A stretch of DNA of 64,000 nt. It comes from Alloascoidea hylecoeti. Lineage: Eukaryota. A program made the position numbers and the translations under genes. This document shows positions 11,614 through 21,940 of the stretch, piece by piece. The notes beneath the pieces were generated by a model that saw nothing but the letters and a program-made list of their open reading frames with translations, had not been told where the DNA came from and did no database searches. The stretch covers positions 203,527-267,526 of the forward strand of contig BCKZ01000010.1 in assembly GCA_001600815.1 (NCBI GenBank), in the 5' to 3' direction. The first letter of the stretch is position 1; each line of letters opens with the position of its first letter.

Positions 11614-13283
11614 ATGAGAGTAATCTTTCGATTTTTTTTACTTGTTATATTAATCATTGGATTTTATTATTCATTTAAAAGGGATAAAAGTACAAATACA
11701 ATAAAAGTTAAAGAAAATATGAGTTTACAATTACAATTACCAAAATCATATGTTATTGTTGTTGGTAGTGGATTAGCAGGATTATCAGCAGCCAATCAAT
11801 TATTAACTAATGGTAAATCAGTTGTTTTATTAGATAAACAAGGTAAGTTTTTTTGATTTTAATGAAATAAAGTATTAATATTAATATTAATGAATAATGA
11901 AAAATGAAAATAGATAAATTAGGAGGTAATTCAATAAAAGCATCATCAGGTATAAATGGAGTTCCAACAATTATTCAAAAAAAACATTCAATTAAAGATT
12001 CAACATCATTATTTATTTCAGATTCAATTAAATCAGGTAAAAATTTAGCAAATAAAAAATTAATTGAAACATTGTCATTAAATTCAGAATCAGCAATAAA
12101 TTGGTTAATTGGAGATGAATTTAAAATTGATTTATCAGAATTAAGTCAATTAGGAGGGCATTCTGCTCCACGTACTCATCGTGGATCAAAAATTCCTCCA
12201 GGGTTTGCAATTATTTCATCGTTAAGTAAGAAATTACAAGATATTGCGAAAGAATCACCATCTAGGATTGTTATTTTAAATAACACAAGAGTTGAAAAGA
12301 TTTTGAAAGAAAATGATAAAGTTATTGGGATTGAATATGTTAATAAAGGGGAAGAAAAAGGGCAACTACAAGGACCAGTTATTTTGGCAACAGGAGGGTT
12401 TTCAGCGGATCACACAAGCTCATCGTTATTGAAGAAGTATAGATCGGACTTAATTGATGTTCCGTCGACCAACGGGGAGTGGACCACGGGAGATGGGCAG
12501 AAGATGGCAGAAGCGATTGGGGGGGAATTGGTCGATATGGACTGTGTGCAGATCCACCCCACGGGGTTTGTAGACCCCAAGGACCCCGACAGCAGGTGGA
12601 AATTCCTGGCCGCGGAGTCGCTGAGGGGGTTGGGGGGCGTCCTGCTGAACAAGCGGGGGAGGAGGTTCGTGAATGAGCTGCTCACGCGCGATGCGGTCAC
12701 GGCGGCGATCCTGGAGGAGACGCGCGGGTCGGCGCCCGTTGTGGACCTGGTTTTGCCCGGCGGGGGGTACGCGGCGCTGAAGAGCCACGTGGACTTCTAC
12801 ATCTTCAAGGGGCTGATGAGGAAGACGACGGTGGGCGAGTACGCGCGGGAGCTGGGCGTGGCCGAGGAGCAGCTGCTGGGCGTGCTGGGCGAGTACGACG
12901 CGCACGTGCCGGTGGTGGGCGGGGGTGCGGGTGCGGACGCGGGCGAGGGTGCGGGTTCGGGCGAGGGTGCAGGTTCGGATGCGGGCGCAGGTGCGGATGC
13001 GGATGCGGACGCCGTGGGCCGGCGGGTGTTTGCCGGCGGGGTGTTCGGGGGCAGCAGCAGCAGCATATGCGTGGGCGCGGTCACGCCGGTCGTGCACTTC
13101 ACGATGGGCGGGCTGCGCATCAACGAGCGGGCGCAGGTGCTGGCCCGGTCCGGGGCGCCGATCCCGGGGCTCTGGGCGGCCGGGGAGGTGTCTGGCGGTG
13201 TGCACGGGGCGAACAGGCTGGGCGGGTCGTCGCTGCTCGAGTGCGTGGTGTTCGGGCGGGTCGCCGCGGGCCTGGCAGCCTAG
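11614..13283 (+). CDS. OSM1: Soluble FAD-dependent fumarate reductase (Osm1/Frd1 family), intron 11843-11913
   Basis: VVGSGLAGLSAA, GGNSIKASSGING, LGGHSAPRTHR, VQIHPTG, EALRG-like ESLRG, HFTMGG and GGVHGANRLGGSSLLECVVFG. The GTAAGT...TAG intron restores the frame. N-terminal signal-like segment. Confidence 0.92.
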
Positions 13284-13800
13284 CTGGGCAGCCTGTGTAA
13301 TTAGCAGTTTATAATTTATAATTTATAATTTATAATTAGCATTCATTCCAGATCCCCTGCCTTCCTCACCTTCACATCTCCCGTAGTATGCTATAGCACA
13401 CACACCGCACTCTCAACATAACATAACCACTTTATACTCTGTCTTCTTCTCTGCACTCCGTCTGTCCGTCTGTCCGTCTGTCTGCCTGCTGTCTTCTCTC
13501 GCCCCTCCCCACGTCTCTCCCGCCTCCTCCTCCCCGGTCCCCCGATGATCAACCGTTACAAACTGCTCCACCACATCAACAATGGGGCCTTTGGCTCGGT
13601 CTCTCTCGCTATCGACACCTCCTCAAACAGCAAAGTCGCCATCAAACGAACCTGTCCGTCCCCGGCTTCCCCGTCCTTCCCTAACGACTCCCATGATCTG
13701 CTACATTCCGGCTTCCCATCTGAAACAACCATCCTTTCAACCCTCCACCATAAAAACATCACCCAACTTTATGACTCTTTTTACCAAGATTCCGACCATT
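12400..13800. other. Extreme GC island with G-to-C strand-skew inversion at ~13300
   Basis: Hand counts: 12001-12060 has 11/60 GC; 12901-12960 has 49/60 GC (36 G, 13 C); 13501-13560 has 33 C and 8 G. Confidence 0.95.
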
Positions 13801-15407
13801 ATTTGGTCATGGAATATTGTTCAAATGGTGACTTACATGATGCCATCAAAAATAATTCTTATCCTTCATCCCAATCCGAAATTATTAATGTTATGACTCA
13901 ATTATTAGATGTTTTGCATTATTCCCATTCTCAGGGTATTTATCATCGAGATTTAAAACCTGAAAACGTATTCATTGATTCAAATGGTAATATTAAACTT
14001 GGTGATTGGGGTCTTGCCACTAATCAAAAATGGTCTTCGGATTTTGAAATTGGTAGTGATAAGTATATGGCTCCTGAATTATGGTATCAATCAAATGACT
14101 ACGATGAAGATGATAAATATGATTGTTCAAAATCTGATATTTGGTCTCTTGGTATTTTATTCTTAACTTTAGTTTTTGGTTTTGCTCCTTTTAAAGTTGC
14201 TAATCAATCCGATTTAAATTTTCAAAAATTTTCTTTAAAATCTGATTATTTATTCGAATTATATCCTGAAATGTCTTTTGATTTATATCATGTTATTAAA
14301 TGTTCTTTATCTTTAGATCCTCATGTTAGAAATTTAAGAAAAATGAAGGAGTGTTTAGAAGATTTGGTTGATTTATATTATTATGATGAAGAAGAAGAAG
14401 AAGAAGAAGATGTTTTGAATTACAATGATGATGTTGATAAAGTAGTTTCATATGAAATGAATACTGTTGGAAATGAACATGAAAATGATGTTGAAATTAC
14501 TGGTTCTGTTCCGTTATTGCTTTCAAACTCAAACTCAGACTCAATCTCTAAATCAAATTGGGATTGGGATTCAGATTCAGATTCAGATTCAGATTCAGAT
14601 TCAGATTCAAAATCTTTGATTATTCCTGATGTTTTGGACGTACCGGAATTAGAATTAAGTGCTTCTTTGGATACTTCTTTAGATTCTGATTTAGACTTTG
14701 AATTCTTAAAAGGGAAACGTTGGGCTGATTTAGATGATGACGATGAAGATTATTTATCATCTAATTATTCAAATGATGTTTCAAATTCCACATCCACTCT
14801 TGTTGATTCTACTACTACTACTCATGATGATTCCAATTGGGATCTTTCAGAACCATTTAACTTTGAAAATGACATTAATGATACAATTGAAACTTCTTCA
14901 ACTTCTAAAATGTCAATGACACCTTCTACTTCTTCTTTTAAACAATCTCATTCTATTACTCAATTACCAAAAAGTTTAGAAATTGCTGGTTCTAATGAAT
15001 CTAAACTTTCGGATTTATTTTCAAATCTTCAAATCTTAAAGAAAAAATCACCACCATCACCATTACAAAATAAAACTTTTTGGAATATTCCATTAAAATC
15101 TCCATTTTTACCTGATTTTAAAACTTCAAAACATAATCATAATCATAATCATAATCATAATCATAATCATAAACATAAACATAAACATAAAAATCATGAT
15201 AATGATAAAGAAAATAAATTTGATTTTGATTTTGATAAAGATGATTTTTATCATCATGATCATAATCATAATCATTCAAATTGTAATTCTTGTGGTAATC
15301 ATGTATCAAATTCAAAAATGTTTCAAAGAAATATAAATGGAAATTGTGGTGGGAATCATGTTTGTATTAATTATGAATGGGGTATATCAATTCAAATTCA
15401 AAGTTAA
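13545..15407 (+). CDS. Ser/Thr protein kinase (Ksp1/Ran1-like) with low-complexity tail
   Basis: GAFGSV, VAIK, HRDLKPEN, LGDWGLA, GSDKYMAPE and DIWSLG. The tail has (DS)n, (HN)n and (HK)n runs. Confidence 0.88.
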   Translation: MINRYKLLHHINNGAFGSVSLAIDTSSNSKVAIKRTCPSPASPSFPNDSHDLLHSGFPSETTILSTLHHKNITQLYDSFYQDSDHYLVMEYCSNGDLHDAIKNNSYPSSQSEIINVMTQLLDVLHYSHSQGIYHRDLKPENVFIDSNGNIKLGDWGLATNQKWSSDFEIGSDKYMAPELWYQSNDYDEDDKYDCSKSDIWSLGILFLTLVFGFAPFKVANQSDLNFQKFSLKSDYLFELYPEMSFDLYHVIKCSLSLDPHVRNLRKMKECLEDLVDLYYYDEEEEEEEDVLNYNDDVDKVVSYEMNTVGNEHENDVEITGSVPLLLSNSNSDSISKSNWDWDSDSDSDSDSDSDSKSLIIPDVLDVPELELSASLDTSLDSDLDFEFLKGKRWADLDDDDEDYLSSNYSNDVSNSTSTLVDSTTTTHDDSNWDLSEPFNFENDINDTIETSSTSKMSMTPSTSSFKQSHSITQLPKSLEIAGSNESKLSDLFSNLQILKKKSPPSPLQNKTFWNIPLKSPFLPDFKTSKHNHNHNHNHNHNHKHKHKHKNHDNDKENKFDFDFDKDDFYHHDHNHNHSNCNSCGNHVSNSKMFQRNINGNCGGNHVCINYEWGISIQIQS

Positions 15408-15708
15408 TTCAACTAATAAATAGAATTTTTTTTGAAAAAGAAATCTATCTAAGTTATTTATTTCTTTTTGGTTTGTTTGATTTTCATCCCTTCTTTTTAT
15501 TTGTTTTGATGGTTGTGGTTATGCCTTTTTCTTAACATATCTTCAATTTCAATTTCAATTTCAATTTCAATTTCAACTTCAATTCTTAATTTTTTTTTTT
15601 TTTTTTTTTCCATTATTTGTTCTTCTTTTTTTTGATATATTATTATAAAATTTTAAAAAAATACGAAACGGGAACTTCATATTTATATTTGTTTTTTAAA
15701 TATTTATC

Positions 15709-15744
<36 letters not shown>

Positions 15745-17229
15745 CTTTTTAACCTTCAAATTTCTATTTTTTTTTTTTCTTCATTTATATTGGTTTTTAA
15801 ATTGCATCGTTGGTTGATTTTAGCAATTTCTTCCTATTTAATGAAAAATAACAAACAACAAACAAACATAACATAACATAACATAACATGAAAAAAAAAA
15901 AACAATTGATTTATTTGATACACATGATCATAATCATACCACAACAACAATATACAATTCAGTCATACAGCTCTGGTTATACAGCTATAAATTTTTTTTA
16001 CACCTTTATTATATTATACAACAAAGCAAAGGGATTAAAGGAATATATTATAAAGGAAGATTATAATACAACTATATTTATTATTTTAATTTCATTTATT
16101 TATTGGTTTTTTGGGTGGGTTTTTTTTTTTTTAATTTATATAAATCTCTATTCTTTTCAAATTATTTTATTATCTTATTCATCATCATCATCATCATCAT
16201 CATCATTATTATCATTGGTAAAATTTTCTTTTTGAATGTATGCTTTTAAAATATGAATTGGCGTCTCTCCCATTTTTGTTTGTTATTGGATTTGTTTAAT
16301 ATTTTATATTTAATTTTTTTTTTTTTTTGTTTGTTGTTTTTGCTACCATATCATACCAATTGATTTTGATGATTTTTGATTTTGATTTGAATTTTGAATT
16401 TGAATTTTGAAAATTTGAATTTTTATAGAAGTTTTGTTATAAATGGAAAAAAAAAAAGTTGCCAAACCTCCCAATTACTTTTAAAATCATGAAAAACAAA
16501 AATATGATTAATTTATTTAAATCTTTTCTTATTTTTATTTTACTATTTCCTTTCTTTATATGTATAAAAAGAAAAAACGATACAATTTGTTTTGCTTATA
16601 TTATATATAATTATGTGTCTTCATAAAAATAATTGTTTTTTTTTTTTTCCACTCTTTCTTTTTATTATTTTATTAATTTATACCTTTTTTATTTTATATT
16701 TATATTTTTATTTTCTAAATATTTTCTTTCTTTCTTTTTTTTTTTCTTTTTTTTTTTTTTTTTGCAATTGTATAAAAACTTTAAGTTAAAGTTTATTTAC
16801 TTTCTACTAAAATTTGTAAAGAACAAAAACAATAAACTTTTTTATACTTTTTTAAATTATAAAATTTTGTATTCATACCATACCGTACACAAAAAGGAAA
16901 TAATTTTTCTTTTTTTTTAAGTGTATTTGTATTTGTATTGCATTGTTTGTTTGTTTTTCGGATTTTTTCCTATAGGGTTATATATAAACTATATATTGTT
17001 TATGTTTCTTTTGGACTTCTTTTTTTTTTTTTTTTTTGTATAATGTTTACTTAAACAATTAAAACTATAGGAAAATGATTGATTATTGTTATTGTTATAT
17101 AGATACTTTTAAGGCAATTTAAAATTTAAAATTTCATTATAAAACAAATATTATATTGAATCCCAACAATGGGGCAAACACAACAAAAGAGTAGTACCCT
17201 TTAGATCAAATTTTCTGCTTTTTCTAACC

Positions 17230-17372
17230 TGGAACATTTTCGACAGGTAAGAGAACTTTTTAAACATTTCTGAATGAGAATGACCACAATGAACAAGTGA
17301 TTAAATTATTTATAGTTGATAGTAAAATAATTTCTATTAATAAAAATTGTTACTATTAAGATTTGGAATTTA
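17230..17372 (+). pseudogene. Frameshifted fragment of a WD40 C-terminal repeat, paralogous to 19020-19165
   Basis: Reads ...QVIKLFIVDSKIISINKN/VTIKIWNL, compared with YVIGLFIIGNKIISFNFDFDLAIRIWNL in the downstream pseudogene. Confidence 0.6.
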
Positions 17373-17472
17373 ATAGTGCAATTCCTTATCCTTCATGTGG
17401 TGATAATTCTAAAAGATTAGCTGCTTTTATTACGGCCGTTGATAAATATCATGGTGATATTGTTGTTTATTT

Positions 17473-17708
17473 TTTTGTTCCTTCTCCTCCTTGAGCTTCA
17501 CAAACTCTTGCATAGTTTCATTTAATTGCTTAATATAAAGTTCTAAGCTCATTGTTGTGTAAGTGAATTTTAAAGTGTTATAGGAAAATTATTGATCTAT
17601 TCTCAGTTTAAAATTCACTTACACAACAATGAGCTTAGAACTTTATATTAAGCAATTAAATGAAACTATGCAAGAGTTTGTGAAGCTCAAGGAGGAGAAG
17701 GAACAAAA
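17473..17708. repeat. Perfect 102-bp inverted repeat (17473-17574 / 17607-17708), 32-bp spacer
   Basis: The arms TTTTGTTCCTTCTCC...GTGAATTTTAAA and TTTAAAATTCAC...GGAGAAGGAACAAAA are reverse complements, with no mismatch seen. Confidence 0.97.
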
Positions 17709-18011
17709 TGGTAGCGGCGCCGCCACGAGAGGCATCAGGTTCGAGTCCGCCGTAGGACGGTAGTTTACATCAGTCTAGTTGAGGCTTAGTAGGGTAACGC
17801 ATAAATGGCCCGAAAGTAAAATGTCCGAGTCAGTCTGCAAGAAGTCCGAAACCCGCAAGATCACGGGGGTGAGCAGATATGGCGATTAGTAAAGTGACCT
17901 GCCTAAGGTTGGGGGGTGTGTTGGATATATATTACACTCTTAGAACAGTTCACTAAAGGGTCGATTGGCTTTTTGGCGCAACTGGGAGAACAGGCACTTT
18001 GAACTTTAACA
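17709..18011 (+). mobile_element. SINE-like element, copy B
   Basis: GC-richer 300 bp with a perfect B-box GGTTCGAGTCC (17738-17748). Its 3' 94 bp recur inverted at 53198-53291, and it shares motifs with copy A. Confidence 0.65.
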
Positions 18012-18070
18012 CTTATCATTTATATCACAAAGAAATTATGCAAGAGTCTCACTCCTTACGCCATTGAAAT

Positions 18071-19340
18071 ATGTCCTTACATAAAAATATTGAGAAGACA
18101 ACTGATTTTGTTTCCGATCTCCCTAATGAAATATTTGAAATAATCTTCTTAGATTTGTCACCAAAAACTTTACTTAATTGTAGAAGTGTATCTAGATCAT
18201 GGAAACAAATAGCTGAAAATGATAATATATGGAAATCAAAGTTTCAAGAACAAAATAATTAGAAATACTATAATGATGATTCGGAAACAGATTCATGATA
18301 TGAATTGTATAAAAAACGTTATCTTTTGGATTTGAATTGGAAAAATGATAAATTTACACGACATGTATTAAAGGTTCATTCTAGCAAAACACTTTGTGTG
18401 AAATTTTATAAAAACTGGATTATAACTGGTTCAGATGATTGGATAATAAGAATTTGGGATATTGAAACTTTTCAGTGTTTAAGAGTTATAGGTGAACCAG
18501 ATTTGAAGCTTTTAAAATATGGTATACCAGATCTTGAGTTTCTATACAGAGGAAACTGAGGGTTTAATAGGAAATATTGATATCAACTTTCATCTCAGTG
18601 GTGTCGTATCTATCGATATTAACTGATAATTCTTGTATGATTTGGAAACTACCCGAGTTCGAACTAATAGATTTTCTGATGGTGCCAGTAGAACCTGGTT
18701 ATTATAGTACCGAAGTTATTTTATACAATGACTATATTTTATGTTCTGCCGATGATTCTACTATTGCAGTTTGGAAGACAAGTCTTGATAATTTAGAACA
18801 TCAACTACATTTTTTTTTTAATTTTAAATTCCAGTTACATGAATTTGAGGGTATTTGTGTTCTTAATGATATCATATGCGGTGAATATGGAGTCTGAATT
18901 CTTGAACCTGTAATTAGATCCTGGAACATGCCAACTAATCCAAGAATTCCGATATAATCGAATGAAATGCTTTACAGTAAGTGATCGATACTTATTTGTT
19001 ACTGTTTCTGGAAAACTAACAGTTCGGAATTTACGATCAAATGAATTAATAAAGACTTTATCGGATGACCCAGAATTTTATGTAATTGGATTATTTATAA
19101 TAGGTAATAAAATCATTTCTTTTAATTTTGATTTTGATCTTGCTATTAGGATTTGGAATTTAAATGATCTAAAATTATTTAAAGAAAATTTTTTAAAATT
19201 TCAGAATATGAAGTAACTATGGAAGGCCCTGTTATTTCATTTTTGGCATTGACGCAAAAAGACTAGCTGCTTTTTGGATGATGATATTATTATTTATGAT
19301 TTTACTGAAAATTTAAGGAAAAAGTATATAGAAAATTGAG
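18071..19340 (+). pseudogene. F-box/WD40 repeat protein pseudogene
   Basis: F-box LPNEIFEIIFLDLSPKTLLNCRSVSRSWKQIAENDNIW, then WD40 repeats (WIITGSDDWIIRIWD, YILCSADDSTIAVW). In-frame stops at 18260 (TAG) and 18296 (TGA); frameshifts and deletions further on. Confidence 0.88.
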
Positions 19341-20059
19341 AATAAACACCTTTCCTTAAAGAAATTTCAATCAAAATAACCAGTTAATCTCTAAACTATT
19401 TATTGATATTTAATCACAATTATCAGTGGAAGTAATTAACAAATAAATTGATAGACAAATCATAAAATCAATTAATTACTTTATAACTATGAATTCATCC
19501 GCATTTTATCACACTACAAAAGAATAACTCACAAATGTGTAGGCCTATATGTGTGCTTGAAAATACATTTATATATGGGTCATAAGATCTATAGCATGCT
19601 AAGCATAGAAAAATAATAATGTAACCGCCAAATTTACTAAACTTTTTCAGACACCTCCAAATAAAAATAGTAGTGTTATACCCAACAATTGAATACTCTA
19701 CAAGTCATTAAACTGTTCTCAAACTAGTTCATATAACGTCCCCTAGATAGTAGATGCTACATATATACCTGGTATAAGGCTCTTAAAAAGGCTCTTAAAA
19801 AGGCTCTTTATAGCTATAGTCTAATCTATCTTATGCTATTTTTGTATAGCAATCTCGTAGAGCAATTTAGTATAGCAACTCTAGTGTATTATACCATTTT
19901 GTATAATCGATCATATCGAATAATATACAACAAACCACTCTATCATCCATAGACTATATTAGCACGCATACACATAAGTGAGCACGAGTATTCATGGTAA
20001 CTACAAGATCAGGAATGAGCACTGAAGTTCAAATCAATGTTTGAACAAGAGGATTTATC

Positions 20060-20480
20060 CCCCCAACAGAATTCAACAAACATCGGGTGCAGAAAAGTAT
20101 ATGCTGAAAAATAATTAAAAAAGACTTTTGAATCTCCGAATATAATAATATAGGTAGTCTGGAACTCTTAGTCTTATGTTATGGGCTAGAATTTGGTAAT
20201 GTGGTCGCACTTCATTGACAGAATGATTGGGGAACCTAATAGCAAAAAAAAGGATACATAGAACTTCTGTATGAGGCCTAATAAGATTCCTGAGAGCCTC
20301 ATATTCAAGCTACATAGTTGACTTATCCATAAAGTTAAAATCACGATGAATTGGTTTCATGGAAAGAATATCTGAGTCCTGAGGACAGTTGTGTTTAGAA
20401 TAAATAAAAGGATATCGATGAACTCACTAAACCCAACGAGAGAATTCCATTCACCTAGGTGTGAGAAAAAGTTAGTGTAG
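20060..20480 (+). mobile_element. Degenerate Tc1/mariner-superfamily transposase relic
   Basis: Fragments SLMLWARIW*CGRTSL (cf. SVMVWGAI), NSKK/YIELL, and LIFKLHS*LIHKVKITMNWFHGKNI*VL (cf. FQQDNAPIH...WF...IEVLDWP) occur in the expected order. No TIRs recognised. Confidence 0.65.
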
Positions 20481-21734
20481 TAGTTCCAATTAGGTTCTCT
20501 ATTATAAACATATAATGTTAATATTAACCAATTTATAGAAAATTCTTAAAGCGCAAACTTAAGACAAGTTCTTTTTATTGTAATTGTATACTTAAATTGG
20601 TTCAAATTCAGATTAAAGATAATAGTTTCTGTTTCCATAAATAACCATAGATGACTGAAAGTCAATAAGATGATAAAATCTAAAAAGCTAAGGACTTGTT
20701 ATCTAATTCTTTAATGACAGTTATATATATAGAATTTAAATATCATTTAATTTATCATCATTATTTTAGTTAGATATCATATTAATCAGAAACTAAGTAG
20801 GATTGACTGTCAACAAATACTCAAAAAAAGTATCATAAGCTCCAGTATTTATCTTTTTCAAAGGATATTGGAAGACTCATCGCATATTTCAAGGTATTGA
20901 TGGAGAATAATGATGAAATTTCCAAGATTCAGATATCGATAACAGAATATGACAATCCGGGTAACATAAGTAGCAATATAATATGCAAACCTTAAATATA
21001 GTAGAAAACTGATCCAAATATCTAAACTACCCAATTTTTAGACTGAGAAATTGGTACAAATTGTATCATTATTAATATTTCTCAATGTCAATTTAATAAT
21101 TAGAATTAGGAATACATTAAAGAGTTTTATGAAGCAAGGTATCTCTAGATCTGCATGTTACCGATCAGGAATAACAAAAATTGAAAAATTCACCTCTTAC
21201 ACGGCTAAAGCTAAAGTAATGGCAAGAGAAAGCTATTTCTGATTATACAATTCATTTACCTGAATAGTATAATGTTTAACACATTTCAAACATATGAGCA
21301 GCATTATTATTGTATTTGAACATAAGTTATAATAATTCTGTTTCAATAATTATGAGGAGACAAACTTAAACGAACAATTATTTTTAAAAAAAATACGTTA
21401 CTATATTATAGATCCGTATATTTGTAATCGTTATTATAGATCCGCATATTTTTAATTGTTATTTTATCTTATGGATATTATATTGTAATTGCGAGTTATT
21501 AATTTGATAATTATGAGTAAAATATAGAGTCTGATTTCAACTAAATAAAATTTAGACTACTTTCAGCCACACTATTTGTCATATCAATTTACAATCATAC
21601 ATAGCAATACGTACAACGTCATACAATATTATATATATAAGAACTTATAAGTTATAAGAATGTATAAATAAGCTGTTCTAACCTTAAGTATATAATCATC
21701 TTATATGCAAATGGTCTTTTTAAAATTATTTTGA

Positions 21735-21940
21735 ATTCTTTTTAAATTCTTTTTATATTCTTTTTATATTCTTTTTATATTCTTTTTATATTCTTTTTAT
21801 ATTCTTTTTATATTCTTTTTATATTCTTTTTATATTCTTTTTAAATTCTTTTTAAATTCTTTTTAAATTCTTTTTAAATTCTTTAAATTCTATTTGATTT
21901 CTGTTTGATTTCTGTTTGATTTCTATTTGATTTCTATGTA
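21735..21940. repeat. 11-bp minisatellite (TTCTTTTTAwA)n grading into (TTTCTrTTTGA)n
   Basis: Directly visible tandem units. Confidence 0.9.

Larger units (their letters stand above)
10700..17100. repeat. Microsatellite-dense AT-rich zone
   Basis: (CTAAAT)n ~10748, (GATTT)n ~11150, (GATTCA)n ~14568, (CATAAT)n ~15132, (AATTTC)n ~15545, (CT)n ~15713, (TCA)n ~16178 and many poly(T) tracts. Confidence 0.9.

Noticed and set aside
12410..13314. Several long overlapping ORFs on both strands (e.g. 12450-13205 minus, 251 aa)
   Set aside because: Shadow frames caused by stop-codon scarcity in GC-rich DNA; the + frame is the conserved fumarate reductase.
15617..16920. Phe/Leu/Ile-rich short ORFs
   Set aside because: Translations of poly(T) and microsatellite tracts with no protein-like features.
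17834..17875. Hammerhead-like CTGCAAGAAGTCCGAAAC in element B
   Set aside because: The core deviates from CUGANGA, there is no proper NUH site, and it is not conserved in copy A.
18260..18298. Possible alternative genetic code (stop read as Trp)
   Set aside because: Both TAG and TGA are involved, frameshifts follow, and intact genes here end in TGA, TAG and TAA. Pseudogenisation is the simpler explanation.
20600..21300. Coding-like stretch including ORF 21051-21242
   Set aside because: Short, non-ATG start and no recognisable motif.
21735..21940. CRISPR-like array
   Set aside because: Head-to-tail low-complexity minisatellite without spacers, in a eukaryotic context.
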